Positions 9,195 to 18,664 of a stretch of DNA of 64,000 nucleotides are shown in pieces. Position 1 is the stretch's first letter; each line of letters begins with the position of its first letter. The DNA is from a virus (taxonomy: Duplodnaviria > Caudoviricetes). The stretch covers positions 32,001 through 96,000 of IMG/VR virus record IMGVR_UViG_3300030419_006472; one strand, written 5' to 3'. The position numbers and the translations under genes were made by a program. The notes below the pieces were generated by a model. The model had not been told where the DNA came from. It saw only the letters and a list, made by a program, of their open reading frames with translations, and searched no databases.

Positions 9195-10758
9195 TAAATT
9201 CCTCTCTACTAAGAGCTTTTAAATTCAAAATTTTAGTTAATACGTCATCTAAAATAACTTTGGGATTATCTTTTAAATGTTTACGAGAATACTCCCATTG
9301 ATTTACTTGATTATGGCGTTTAGATGCAAAACATTGCTTAGCAAATTCCTCTTCATCTCTCGTACAACCTTCTTTATAGCCTGGTGTAAAGTTATCTAAA
9401 TAAAAACTAAACCCAGTAATATAAAGAGATTCAACACCACGATGTAACAGATCAAATATCGCTGCAAAACCAGTATTAGCTCTACAAGCTACTCCTTTGT
9501 TTAGTTCTCCATACAATCTATAATCCATTACATGAAAGTTAAAATTGTTTGCTATTTTAGTTACGGTTTGTGAATTGACCATCGGACTCAACCTGTTACT
9601 ATGGCAATTACCTTTAACATCAGAATGTGGTATTGTACATACCCACTGTATGTTATGATCTTTAAGTCTATTAATATCTATTATACCTCCATTATCTTTA
9701 TGCTCTATAAGACAATTATAAAATACATCTGTTTTAGAGCCGATATATGGTTTGTACTTATCTATGACATCTAACCCTCTGTTCAATCTTACTACGACGT
9801 CAAATTCGTTATCTATTTTTTCACCAAAACCATAGAACGGTTTAGTAGTAACATACTGTGCTGGACCAATAATAATAACTTTCTTACCTTTTAAAAAGTT
9901 AGAATACGATGCCGCCGCATCCTCTATCGCTCTATCCAGTTTTGGGTTTTTATCCGCCTGCTCCTCCTGTTTTTTTAATTTTTGCAGATAATGCGATTTA
10001 AAATCTTCGTAACAACCTTCAATAAACTCTATACTAGAACTAGCTATATGAGGTGTCATGAAAAACTTATCACTTTTAAATTCAGTAAGCTTACCTGTAT
10101 ACGGCTCTTCCCAAAAAGCATCAAACGCGGCACGCATGTTAGTAATTTTTAAGTGATGGTAAAGATCATCTTCATTAACTAAAGGACCACGAGCCGTATT
10201 AATTAAAATAGCATCAGATTTAAATCTCTTAAGATTTTCTTTATTAATAAAATTCTTATTTTGAGGAGTATAAGGTATATGAAGAGTAACTATATCAGCT
10301 TTACTGTAATCAGGAGGCCTATCATCATTTAAAATATCATAAGTTAATATATTTTTAATAAACGGAGCCATTTTATGTTTAACTCTTTGTCCTATATTCC
10401 CTAGACCGACAATAAGAAGAGTCTTATTTGTAAGAACGTGTCTTTGAGTACTACTCCATGATGTTAAGTCTCCTATACCGTCATATAACATTTTAAATAT
10501 TAAACTACAAGTAAAATTTGCAGTTTCTTCATAGATATAATTCTTAGTTTTTACTGAAGGAAACTCTACTTGTATGTCAGAAGGAAAATTTACATTATCT
10601 GTACCAACACCTGCACGAAAAACAAACTTAACATTAGGGAATAATTTTATATCTATAGGCGGAGCACCTAATATAATTGACGTAGCTTTACTTGGAGTAG
10701 TTGTTACTAGCTCTTTTGGTAAAAGAGAATCAAAAAGTGATGTATTGGTCCAAATCAT
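9160..10758 (-). CDS. D-2-hydroxyacid dehydrogenase fused to a GT29 sialyltransferase-like domain
   Basis: N-terminal RAGVGTDN, IVGLGNIG, HIP, INTARG, EEP and TPHIA. C-terminal sialylmotif-L-like VIIIGPA...GEKID.EFDVVVRLN...GSKTD, S-like NTGFAAI...ITGFSFY and VS-like HNQ..Q. Confidence 0.82.
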   Translation of the reverse strand: MIWTNTSLFDSLLPKELVTTTPSKATSIILGAPPIDIKLFPNVKFVFRAGVGTDNVNFPSDIQVEFPSVKTKNYIYEETANFTCSLIFKMLYDGIGDLTSWSSTQRHVLTNKTLLIVGLGNIGQRVKHKMAPFIKNILTYDILNDDRPPDYSKADIVTLHIPYTPQNKNFINKENLKRFKSDAILINTARGPLVNEDDLYHHLKITNMRAAFDAFWEEPYTGKLTEFKSDKFFMTPHIASSSIEFIEGCYEDFKSHYLQKLKKQEEQADKNPKLDRAIEDAAASYSNFLKGKKVIIIGPAQYVTTKPFYGFGEKIDNEFDVVVRLNRGLDVIDKYKPYIGSKTDVFYNCLIEHKDNGGIIDINRLKDHNIQWVCTIPHSDVKGNCHSNRLSPMVNSQTVTKIANNFNFHVMDYRLYGELNKGVACRANTGFAAIFDLLHRGVESLYITGFSFYLDNFTPGYKEGCTRDEEEFAKQCFASKRHNQVNQWEYSRKHLKDNPKVILDDVLTKILNLKALSREEFNEKTQDLYSNV

Positions 10759-11501
10759 TAATATTCAAGATAATTCTCTAAGCAATATTGTAATGCTGAA
10801 TCGAGATTTTTTTGTTTATGATGCATATGAAGAATTCTCTCTCTAAGATGCTCATGACCAAATTCATGATGAAACGTTCTTTGTTTTTCTCTGTTCTGTT
10901 TACTTCTAGCATTATACTCTGGAGGTAAAATATATAATCTAGCTTTTGATTCCCATAAGGAAACTCTAAATGTAGGTTGATCATATGGGCAAACGTTGTA
11001 ATACTTACGATAATATTTCGGCCAAAGATCAAATAAGTTATCTATATTATCACACTTTTTAAATCCTAAAACACCAGTATTAACTTCTGAAAAAGCATAT
11101 GGGATGTTTTTATATTCAGGTATACATTTTGAATATTTTTCTCTCTTTCTAGCCAAACAGTGAGTAATAACTAGCTCATATTCATCTAACATATCAAATA
11201 TGTCGTATACATTATAGTTAAAAACCGTGTCTGTATCAAGAAACAATGTCTTTTCATATGGAGAATGTTTAAGTACATCAACCTTTGCTCTTAATATCTG
11301 GCAATTAATTTGTATACATTGATCAATACCTGGTACTAACTTTAATAACTCATCTGGCTTCATATCAGAAAAGCAAGTAATATGAAGATCAGGATGAAAC
11401 TTTCTAAAAGACTCTACAGAGATACTTAATTCTCTAAAAAATTCCATATTACCCAGTGCATTATAAACTGTATAAATTATACCTTTATCCCTTTTTTCCA
11501 T
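10758..11501 (-). CDS. GT-A glycosyltransferase (GT8/GT77-like)
   Basis: SPYEKTLFLDTD, NTGVLGF, DQPTFR, LPPEYN and ILH motifs. Confidence 0.8.
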   Translation of the reverse strand: MEKRDKGIIYTVYNALGNMEFFRELSISVESFRKFHPDLHITCFSDMKPDELLKLVPGIDQCIQINCQILRAKVDVLKHSPYEKTLFLDTDTVFNYNVYDIFDMLDEYELVITHCLARKREKYSKCIPEYKNIPYAFSEVNTGVLGFKKCDNIDNLFDLWPKYYRKYYNVCPYDQPTFRVSLWESKARLYILPPEYNARSKQNREKQRTFHHEFGHEHLRERILHMHHKQKNLDSALQYCLENYLEY

Positions 11502-12117
11502 TTTTAAAAAAACCTACCTTTCCTTCTACGATTTTAAATAAATTTTCTTTCCCGAAATAATGATCTGAATATGTTTTTTCAATGCCTCTATTATAATCAT
11601 CTATAACAATAATGCCATCTTCTTTTATCAATGAATAAGCGGAAAAAATACTACTCATCCGACCTGGTCCATCATATGGCCGTGGTGGTTGATGACCTAA
11701 CGGGCCATCTACAATTATAAAATCCCATAAAACATCCGTAACTTCAGAGGGTAAATCAATTTTAATTTCTTCCTCGTCAAAAAATGAATCATCTCTAACA
11801 CCGAGATTTATTTGATGATAATCTTGTATCTTTGTTTTATAATTTATATGATGTACCGTTAATTCATTAGTATTCTCAAAATATGAACAATCTTCTGTGC
11901 TTTTATTTGAAATTTTATCTATCCAAGATTGATCATTTTCTAAAAAAACTGTTACACCCTTAATGTTTAAGTTTTGCCACAAATGAGAGTCGTCTCCTAA
12001 ACCGAAAACTAATAAATTACAAGGACAGTGTGGCTCTAACTCTTTAGCTATTTCAGTATACTGAACATGACTCATTAAACCACGACCATATTTTGAAACT
12101 AATTCTTTATAACTCAT
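11485..12117 (-). CDS. DUF579 (GXM/IRX15-like) polysaccharide O-methyltransferase
   Basis: PCNLLVFGLG.DS.LW..LN..G.TVFLE, WDFIIVDGP.G and PGRMSSIF match the plant glucuronoxylan methyltransferase family pattern. Confidence 0.85.
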   Translation of the reverse strand: MSYKELVSKYGRGLMSHVQYTEIAKELEPHCPCNLLVFGLGDDSHLWQNLNIKGVTVFLENDQSWIDKISNKSTEDCSYFENTNELTVHHINYKTKIQDYHQINLGVRDDSFFDEEEIKIDLPSEVTDVLWDFIIVDGPLGHQPPRPYDGPGRMSSIFSAYSLIKEDGIIVIDDYNRGIEKTYSDHYFGKENLFKIVEGKVGFFKNGKKG

Positions 12118-13072
12118 TTAGCTGTGTATATATTCTCTTCGCCCATACTAACGGATCATAAAGCCTGTCAAATTCTTGTTTCGCCTTTAATGCCATTTCG
12201 TTTCTCTTCTTAGAAGATGATAGCTGTCTAAATGCTTTTAGCCATCCGTGTTTATCTGCGGCAATTAAGCCGTGCTCAGGGTTTCCTAGAATATGTAAGT
12301 TACTCGGAGTCAGATCTGTTACAACAGGTAGACCTAACTGATGAAAAACAAACGCTCTACCGCTGTTAGATTTGTTTTTAAACCTAACTACATAATCCGT
12401 ATCATATGCTCCAGTATCAATAACCTGATCTCGTTTATAATCATCTACATATGTAGCATTAGGACATAATCCTATATCAGCCGATAAAATATCCTGAGCT
12501 ATTGTACCTGCATTCCATTGTTTATATTTTATTTTTATATCTGGTCGACCTATTTGCCAGTCAAACTCCGGATGTCCGTGAATAATAAGCAGCTCAATTT
12601 CTCTCTCTTTGGAAAATTCTTCTAATGCTAGTTTAACATGCGGGTCAAACTTAGCTAAATGAGGGTAGTGACCATGAAAGCAAAAGCGTAATACGTCTGT
12701 ATCAGTGTGTTCTTTTATATCTTTATTTTGAAATAGCTCTTCAATTAGTGGATATAGTAATACGTTTTTGTTTGTCGATAAACTCGCCTGTTCTTCTATT
12801 GACCCTACGATAAGAAAATCACAGTAGTCATAAGTATCTACTTTCGGATTTATCAACCCTACCTTTTTCCACGGGCATTGTTGTTTTACAGCACGTGCTA
12901 TGTTTATCTCACCCTTTACAACAATAACAATCTCTTCATCTCCAATATCATGAGCAATCTGAGAGGGTATATTTAATTGTTGAAAATAATTATTAAGATC
13001 ATGAATCCAGATCCTGTAAGAACCTGTGTTGAAGTCACGATGATTTGTAAGAAATGTTATTCTTTTCTCCAT
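12107..13072 (-). CDS. GT-B fold glycosyltransferase
   Basis: GSYRI, ADIGLCP and KNKSNSGR...LGLPVV; island context. Confidence 0.7.
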   Translation of the reverse strand: MEKRITFLTNHRDFNTGSYRIWIHDLNNYFQQLNIPSQIAHDIGDEEIVIVVKGEINIARAVKQQCPWKKVGLINPKVDTYDYCDFLIVGSIEEQASLSTNKNVLLYPLIEELFQNKDIKEHTDTDVLRFCFHGHYPHLAKFDPHVKLALEEFSKEREIELLIIHGHPEFDWQIGRPDIKIKYKQWNAGTIAQDILSADIGLCPNATYVDDYKRDQVIDTGAYDTDYVVRFKNKSNSGRAFVFHQLGLPVVTDLTPSNLHILGNPEHGLIAADKHGWLKAFRQLSSSKKRNEMALKAKQEFDRLYDPLVWAKRIYTQLNEL

Positions 13073-13656
13073 AGTATGTTAACTTTTTTATTATTATCAG
13101 GGTTATCAAATATTTTTACAATAGTCAGACCGTAACCATAAGGTAATGTTGTTCCATCGTGTTTATATTTTTTAATTAAATCGCTATTTGCTAGACCTCG
13201 TCTCATTTCAGGACCAAGATCATAATGAGCTGTATCATGTACTAAAACTAATCCTCCACTTTTAACATATGGAGCTATATTATTTAAATCTTTAGTAACT
13301 TCTACATCAGTATGAGAACCATCGTGTAGTACAACATCATAACATTCACTATGATCTAAAGTAGGTACAACATCTAAAGAGTCTCCTAGGCAAAACGACC
13401 ATATATCCTTACTATCAGCTACAAAATCATCAGGAATATCTTCTCGCTCAGATAAAGGCCTTTTATCTACACTGGTTATCTTACCACCAGTTACCTTTAA
13501 CGCTTCAACCATTGATCGAGTCGAAAAACCACAACCAAATTCAAATACATTCTTGGACTCCATTCCTAAAACAATAGAATATAAGGTGAGATAATGTCTT
13601 GTTAATCCTGTATCATTTAAATGATGTTTTTGTACTATAAAATTTAAATCGTGCAT
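13057..13656 (-). CDS. Class I SAM methyltransferase (Methyltransf_24-like)
   Basis: VFEFGCGFST, GDS, DVVLHDGSH and GGLVLVHDT. Confidence 0.88.
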   Translation of the reverse strand: MHDLNFIVQKHHLNDTGLTRHYLTLYSIVLGMESKNVFEFGCGFSTRSMVEALKVTGGKITSVDKRPLSEREDIPDDFVADSKDIWSFCLGDSLDVVPTLDHSECYDVVLHDGSHTDVEVTKDLNNIAPYVKSGGLVLVHDTAHYDLGPEMRRGLANSDLIKKYKHDGTTLPYGYGLTIVKIFDNPDNNKKVNILWRKE

Positions 13657-13663
13657 ATTACTT

Positions 13664-15331
13664 TTATGTTTTTTTAATTACAACCTCTTTGTTAAGTGTT
13701 AGAAATTCTTGATAAGTAATATCACTCTCATTAATCACTTCTGTATTAGGAGGTAATAGATCAAAAAAATCAGTTTGAATGTTTTTTATGTCATAAACAG
13801 CATACTTATCATTATCCATAAAAAGCTGTAAATGCAATAACGCAAAACCACCTGGCTTTAATACTCGTATCATCTCAGAGCAAAATTTCGAAGGATATAA
13901 TGCATGATCAAGAACATTAGTAAAAATAAAATCAAATGTCTCGTCTTTAAAATCTAAATTATGAAAGTCACCTTCAATAACTAATGGCTCACATGCAACT
14001 AAATCTACACCTATTGCATCTTTATTTAAATCCTTTAAAGCTTGAACCTCCTGACCTGTTCTCGCACCAATACATAAACACTTATTACCAATATACTTTA
14101 TATTTTTATCAAAAACTTTTCTAAACCCTGAAGTTTTATAATCCCATTCTTTGGTTAACCAGGTTTTTCTTTTTTCAGGGTCATTAGTTTTCTCTTTCTG
14201 TAACTCTACGTAATCTTCATACTTATTAAAAGATCGATTTGTGTGAGGAGCGCGAATTTGTTCTAATAAATTTACAACACGTGTAGCATATTGTTCTTGA
14301 GTAAAGTCTCGAGTATACTCAAGACCTTTCTTAACAAGTTTATTTCTCTCTTCATCGTTTTCTAAATAGTAAACAAGCTTTTTAATAATTTCCTGATCAG
14401 ACATTTGCATGTTTATTTCAATTAAAAATGATTTTAATTTTTTAACATCTTCAGGATGATCATCATACAAATCTCCCGCTAAAGCAGTACCACACATAGG
14501 TACTTCTATATACTTTCCAAATCTAGAATTAGGTGCTCCGCTATCAGTAATAATAATTTTAGCTGAATTTATTTTATTAGCAAAATCAATTGCATACTTA
14601 TCAGTATATGCATCGGAGTGTGAGCCACCGACATGAGGAATAACACCACACTTATACTTAGACGGCATAAGATTGAGTAATCTTGCCATTCTAGCTCGTA
14701 GAGGGTAATGTTCCCCTAACATAGTTGTAACGTTTGTTGCACCTACTAACGCAACATCATATTTCTTCTCTATTTCAGGTTTAGGTTTAAATATACTCGC
14801 TTCGGCGCTATGAGGAATCCACGTCATACATTTAATATTTTTAAATAATTTTGAATATAGTGTAGCATGTTCTGGGGAGGACTTAAAAAACTCTAATAAT
14901 CTTCTATATTCTACGTAATCATTATAATGATGACATATAACAACATTAGCATTACTGTCGGTTATTTCTTTTAACGTCCATTCTTTGTCGTACATTTCAT
15001 TATATCGAATACATTTATAAAACTTTATTTCTTCAAAACCAGATATCTCTAAAGGTTTATACCCGATAACCAAATGACAAACTGTAACCTGTTGATTAGT
15101 TCCTTCAATACGCTTTCCTTCAATAATATTATAAATATTATCTTGTGGAGATAAATTAGAATCCCAATTATCCCATCCAGGACCGGTATATATCCCGTTG
15201 ACATTAGTATGGTTAAACAGAGCGCGTATAGAATGGAATCTAATACGAGACATTTTAGTATCGAAATACTCTTTTTTAATTAAAAATACTATATTATACT
15301 GATCAGTTTGTTCTTCTAATGTCAACAGCAT
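13664..15331 (-). CDS. CgeB-like GT-B glycosyltransferase fused to a class I methyltransferase
   Basis: YDVALVG...YPLR...KYIEVPMCG in the N-terminal half; CLCIGARTGQEV...GDFH.L.F.DETFDF.F.N.LDH...RVLKPGG in the C-terminal half. Confidence 0.82.
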   Translation of the reverse strand: MLLTLEEQTDQYNIVFLIKKEYFDTKMSRIRFHSIRALFNHTNVNGIYTGPGWDNWDSNLSPQDNIYNIIEGKRIEGTNQQVTVCHLVIGYKPLEISGFEEIKFYKCIRYNEMYDKEWTLKEITDSNANVVICHHYNDYVEYRRLLEFFKSSPEHATLYSKLFKNIKCMTWIPHSAEASIFKPKPEIEKKYDVALVGATNVTTMLGEHYPLRARMARLLNLMPSKYKCGVIPHVGGSHSDAYTDKYAIDFANKINSAKIIITDSGAPNSRFGKYIEVPMCGTALAGDLYDDHPEDVKKLKSFLIEINMQMSDQEIIKKLVYYLENDEERNKLVKKGLEYTRDFTQEQYATRVVNLLEQIRAPHTNRSFNKYEDYVELQKEKTNDPEKRKTWLTKEWDYKTSGFRKVFDKNIKYIGNKCLCIGARTGQEVQALKDLNKDAIGVDLVACEPLVIEGDFHNLDFKDETFDFIFTNVLDHALYPSKFCSEMIRVLKPGGFALLHLQLFMDNDKYAVYDIKNIQTDFFDLLPPNTEVINESDITYQEFLTLNKEVVIKKT

Positions 15332-16052
15332 CGTACTTTTGTTTTAATTGTTCATAAATTGATGTTTCAGGGAATTGTCCGTGCTTATCTATACCTAACC
15401 TACGCCATGCTTCATTCCATAAATGTAATCCGTATATACTATTACTAGGCTTCATTACTTTACCTGGAGTGATGAATAAATTTGATCTAAAGGGAGCAAT
15501 AAAACAAAAAGTATGTATAGGTTTAATATACTCATTATAATTAAATTTGTTTACAGCTTCATTCAATAACCTAGGACCGACAATTCCCCACTCTAATGTT
15601 TTTTTATCTTTCTTTAAACACTCATTATAACAATAATCCATTAACTTATCTCCCTTCGGACATTTAATGGCTCCTGTGTTTAATATAGGCTTATGTGTAT
15701 CGTAGTCTTCCTCTGAGCAAAATACATATTCGTCTTCAAAGTCCCATGGTTGTAAGCAGACCATATCAGTATCAACCCACCAGCCTCCCTTTTCGTACAA
15801 TAGTTTATACCGAAAATAATTAGAAAAAGCAGAATATGAACCCTTACCAGGCCCTACTTGATAAGCAAAAACATCTTCTTTAGGAAGAATATCCTTACCG
15901 TCTTTTATGATAACACCATCTGGTACATTCTTTATGTCTTCATAACAATATAAATGAATTTCCATATCGTTTTTAACAAACGAATTTAAAGACAAAATCT
16001 CCATACATGAAAGTGTATCTCCGATCCATAATGTTTGAATAATATTGCTCAT
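15303..16052 (-). CDS. GT32 (DXD, alpha-1,4-glycosyltransferase-like) enzyme
   Basis: IQTLWIG, FSNYFRY.LLY..GGWWVDTD, GPRLL and HLWNE. Start is placed at ATG 16052, which overlaps the upstream stop as ATGA. Confidence 0.88.
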   Translation of the reverse strand: MSNIIQTLWIGDTLSCMEILSLNSFVKNDMEIHLYCYEDIKNVPDGVIIKDGKDILPKEDVFAYQVGPGKGSYSAFSNYFRYKLLYEKGGWWVDTDMVCLQPWDFEDEYVFCSEEDYDTHKPILNTGAIKCPKGDKLMDYCYNECLKKDKKTLEWGIVGPRLLNEAVNKFNYNEYIKPIHTFCFIAPFRSNLFITPGKVMKPSNSIYGLHLWNEAWRRLGIDKHGQFPETSIYEQLKQKYDAVDIRRTN

Positions 16053-16852
16053 AACTCTAATTGATCTCTCCAAATCCTTAAAATACCAACATTCGACCAC
16101 AAACTTTGTTCTATAATATTTTCATTACCATGAAAATTTACATCAGTTAACTTACACTCATCAGATACAAGAGAGGCATTTTCGGATAATGACGAATGAT
16201 ACACGTCAGTTATGGTATCATATATTGTTTGTTTCTCTTCTACATAACCAATTAGTTTAACTTGTTTAGAATATTTCTCAATAACAGGTCTTACATCACT
16301 TTCATAATAATCAGGATCATTAATTGTACCGTATATTCGAATATCAGTATGACCGTCTTTTATGGCTCTCTCTATAGAAACATGTACTTGTTTATTTTTA
16401 TCGATACTGCCTATAATACCGGCAATTTTTTGTTTAGGTTTGTTACAGGGTTTTAAATCTTCATTTACATTACCGCAAATAAACCAAGATAAATTTTTTA
16501 TTGTATGAGCTTCGTGCCATAGTAACTGCTGTTTATTTAAAAAATGTATTTTATCAAAAATATGAACAGGTGTTTGCTTTAACGGATATAGATCTTTTTC
16601 GTGTAAACTTAAAATAAATTTATCAACATTAGGTCTAGTTTTTCTTACATGTAAAAAGTGATATATAACTTTATCTGATTCTTTCGTGGTCGCAGTCTGT
16701 AACTTTGCACCATTACATTTATCGAGATGCCAGTCGTGAGGACCGTACATTATACATTCATGACCGTTGTTATTAAATAAGTTGCATAAATTAATAAATG
16801 CTGTAGTAGAACCACCGGGATTACTCCATCCTGTAAATATTTTTATCACCAA
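16049..16852 (-). CDS. GT-B (GT4-like) glycosyltransferase
   Basis: WSNPGGST, IGSIDKNK and VYHSSLSENASLV..EC. Confidence 0.72.
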   Translation of the reverse strand: MVIKIFTGWSNPGGSTTAFINLCNLFNNNGHECIMYGPHDWHLDKCNGAKLQTATTKESDKVIYHFLHVRKTRPNVDKFILSLHEKDLYPLKQTPVHIFDKIHFLNKQQLLWHEAHTIKNLSWFICGNVNEDLKPCNKPKQKIAGIIGSIDKNKQVHVSIERAIKDGHTDIRIYGTINDPDYYESDVRPVIEKYSKQVKLIGYVEEKQTIYDTITDVYHSSLSENASLVSDECKLTDVNFHGNENIIEQSLWSNVGILRIWRDQLEL

Positions 16853-16906
16853 TAACTGTTAATTATTGATTTCCATCTAGGTAAATTGCAATAAATATTT
16901 AAAGAT

Positions 16907-17707
16907 ATGGCTAGAAAAGGACGTTCCGCGTCGGTTTCTAACTCAACTAAAAAGACTGCATTAAGTGGCAGACGAGTTAGTAAGAAAAAATTAGTTAACA
17001 ATAAGGAAATTAAAGAAAGTATAGAAAAAAATACATTCCTAAATTTTGATGTTAAACAAAAATATGAAATAACACCCGTTCACGAACAATTCCTTGAGAC
17101 ATGTTTTAAGGATATATGTAGAATGGCGTTAGTCGACGGACCTGCCGGGTCGGCAAAGACATATTTATCAGTATATGTCGCATTACAATTATTACGTACA
17201 CAAAAAGTACAAGAAATTATCTACATACGAAGTATTGTAGAGTCAGCATCAAAAAGCATGGGGTCGTTACCAGGAGAAGTTGATGATAAATTTTTACCGT
17301 GGTGTTTTCCGTTATTTGAAAAATTAAATGAATTTTTAGATAAGTCTTTATCTTCTAGCCTAATAACTGAACAATATATTAAATGTGTACCGGTAAACTA
17401 CGTACGTGGTTTAACGTTTAACAACGCTTGTGTTTTAATTGATGAAGCGCAAAACTTAACCTCCGGGGAATTAACTACAATTTTAACACGGTTTGGCGAA
17501 AATACGAAATATATAATAACCGGAGATACACAGCAAAGTGATATAGGAAGTAAGACTGGTTTTAAGTCGATTTTAAATGCATTTAATACAGAGGAGTCCT
17601 ATAAACACGGTATATGTACGTTTAAATTTAATGAATTAGATATTGTACGATCTGAAATATTAAAATATATTGTAAAAGTGCTGAGAGATTTAAAGATGGA
17701 AGCTTAA
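16907..17707 (+). CDS. phoH: PhoH-like ATPase
   Basis: GPAGSAKT, RGLTF, IDEAQN, TRFGE, GDTQQSD and DIVRS. Confidence 0.93.
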   Translation: MARKGRSASVSNSTKKTALSGRRVSKKKLVNNKEIKESIEKNTFLNFDVKQKYEITPVHEQFLETCFKDICRMALVDGPAGSAKTYLSVYVALQLLRTQKVQEIIYIRSIVESASKSMGSLPGEVDDKFLPWCFPLFEKLNEFLDKSLSSSLITEQYIKCVPVNYVRGLTFNNACVLIDEAQNLTSGELTTILTRFGENTKYIITGDTQQSDIGSKTGFKSILNAFNTEESYKHGICTFKFNELDIVRSEILKYIVKVLRDLKMEA

Positions 17708-17881
17708 AGCTTTACGAATTCTTTCTAATAATGTTTTTTTGTTTTGACCACTTTCAACTAGTCGAGAATATTCTAATTTAAATGCATCAATAAATTCTTG
17801 TGATAATTCAAATTTACGTGGATAAAATGAACGCACCTGTCTAGTCATATATCGTTCACATAATTTATCATAATCCGTCAT
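17690..17881 (-). CDS. Hypothetical late protein (63 aa)
   Basis: ORF is preceded by TAAATA and fills the gap between genes. Confidence 0.6.
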   Translation of the reverse strand: MTDYDKLCERYMTRQVRSFYPRKFELSQEFIDAFKLEYSRLVESGQNKKTLLERIRKALSFHL

Positions 17882-17885
17882 ATAA

Positions 17886-18644
17886 TTATTTATTCATACG
17901 ACTCGCCTTATCTTTCTCGATTTGCTCTTCTAATGCTTTTCGTAAATGAGAATGCTCTGTAGGATCTACATCTGCCCACGCACCACTTAATGCTTTCATG
18001 TCAGATAGCATATCTTCATCGATAAGATCTCCCCCAGGATGTATATCTCCCTCAGCATCAATATAAAGTTTAAGTATTTGTATACGTTCTCTCTGACTGC
18101 CAAATACTTCTATAATACCAGGTTTATCATCTTTAATAAAAAACACACTTGAATCATTATTCATGTATTCTCGGTGCATAGCTTTAAAGATATTATCTAC
18201 TTCCTCTATAACTTTAAGGTTAGTGTCCCGTAGATCATCTTCTGTTAATTCAACAGGAGCGACCTTTGTTATAGGTGTGAAAAATATAATATCTAAATCA
18301 CGAAAACTCTCTCTAACGAGAGGAATACATTCCTGTACAAAATCATCATCTATATCTAACTCGGTCTGTTCGGTTGCCCACATGCTATATACAAGATTAT
18401 CTAATGGACATCTATCAAAAATTACATTATCAGAGCTACGATATTTCTTTTGCTCTTTAATCATAAAATCTAATATTTTCTTTTGTGTTTTTTTATTAGT
18501 TTTTGATGAATGCTCGAGATCATTTTCTTTAATAATGTCTCTATACGTCTTTTTAGGGGTAGTGTAACTCGGCCATTGCTCTAAGAAGTCTTTAATTAAA
18601 GTAGTTTTACCCTGACACGCAGTTCCACTAATTGCAATCCTCAT
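17886..18644 (-). CDS. P-loop (deoxy)nucleoside/nucleotide kinase (AAA_28/dNMP kinase-like)
   Basis: IAISGTACQGKTT, FDRCPLDNLVY and DDLR lid. Confidence 0.8.
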   Translation of the reverse strand: MRIAISGTACQGKTTLIKDFLEQWPSYTTPKKTYRDIIKENDLEHSSKTNKKTQKKILDFMIKEQKKYRSSDNVIFDRCPLDNLVYSMWATEQTELDIDDDFVQECIPLVRESFRDLDIIFFTPITKVAPVELTEDDLRDTNLKVIEEVDNIFKAMHREYMNNDSSVFFIKDDKPGIIEVFGSQRERIQILKLYIDAEGDIHPGGDLIDEDMLSDMKALSGAWADVDPTEHSHLRKALEEQIEKDKASRMNK

Positions 18645-18664
18645 ATTAATTAATATTTATATAG

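Noticed and set aside
1-16852. Island as a bacterial capsule/LPS locus, making the window a prophage junction
   Set aside because: No transport or polymerase genes, integrase or att site were seen; composition looks uniform and the phage-type TAAATA promoter also occurs at the island's left end.
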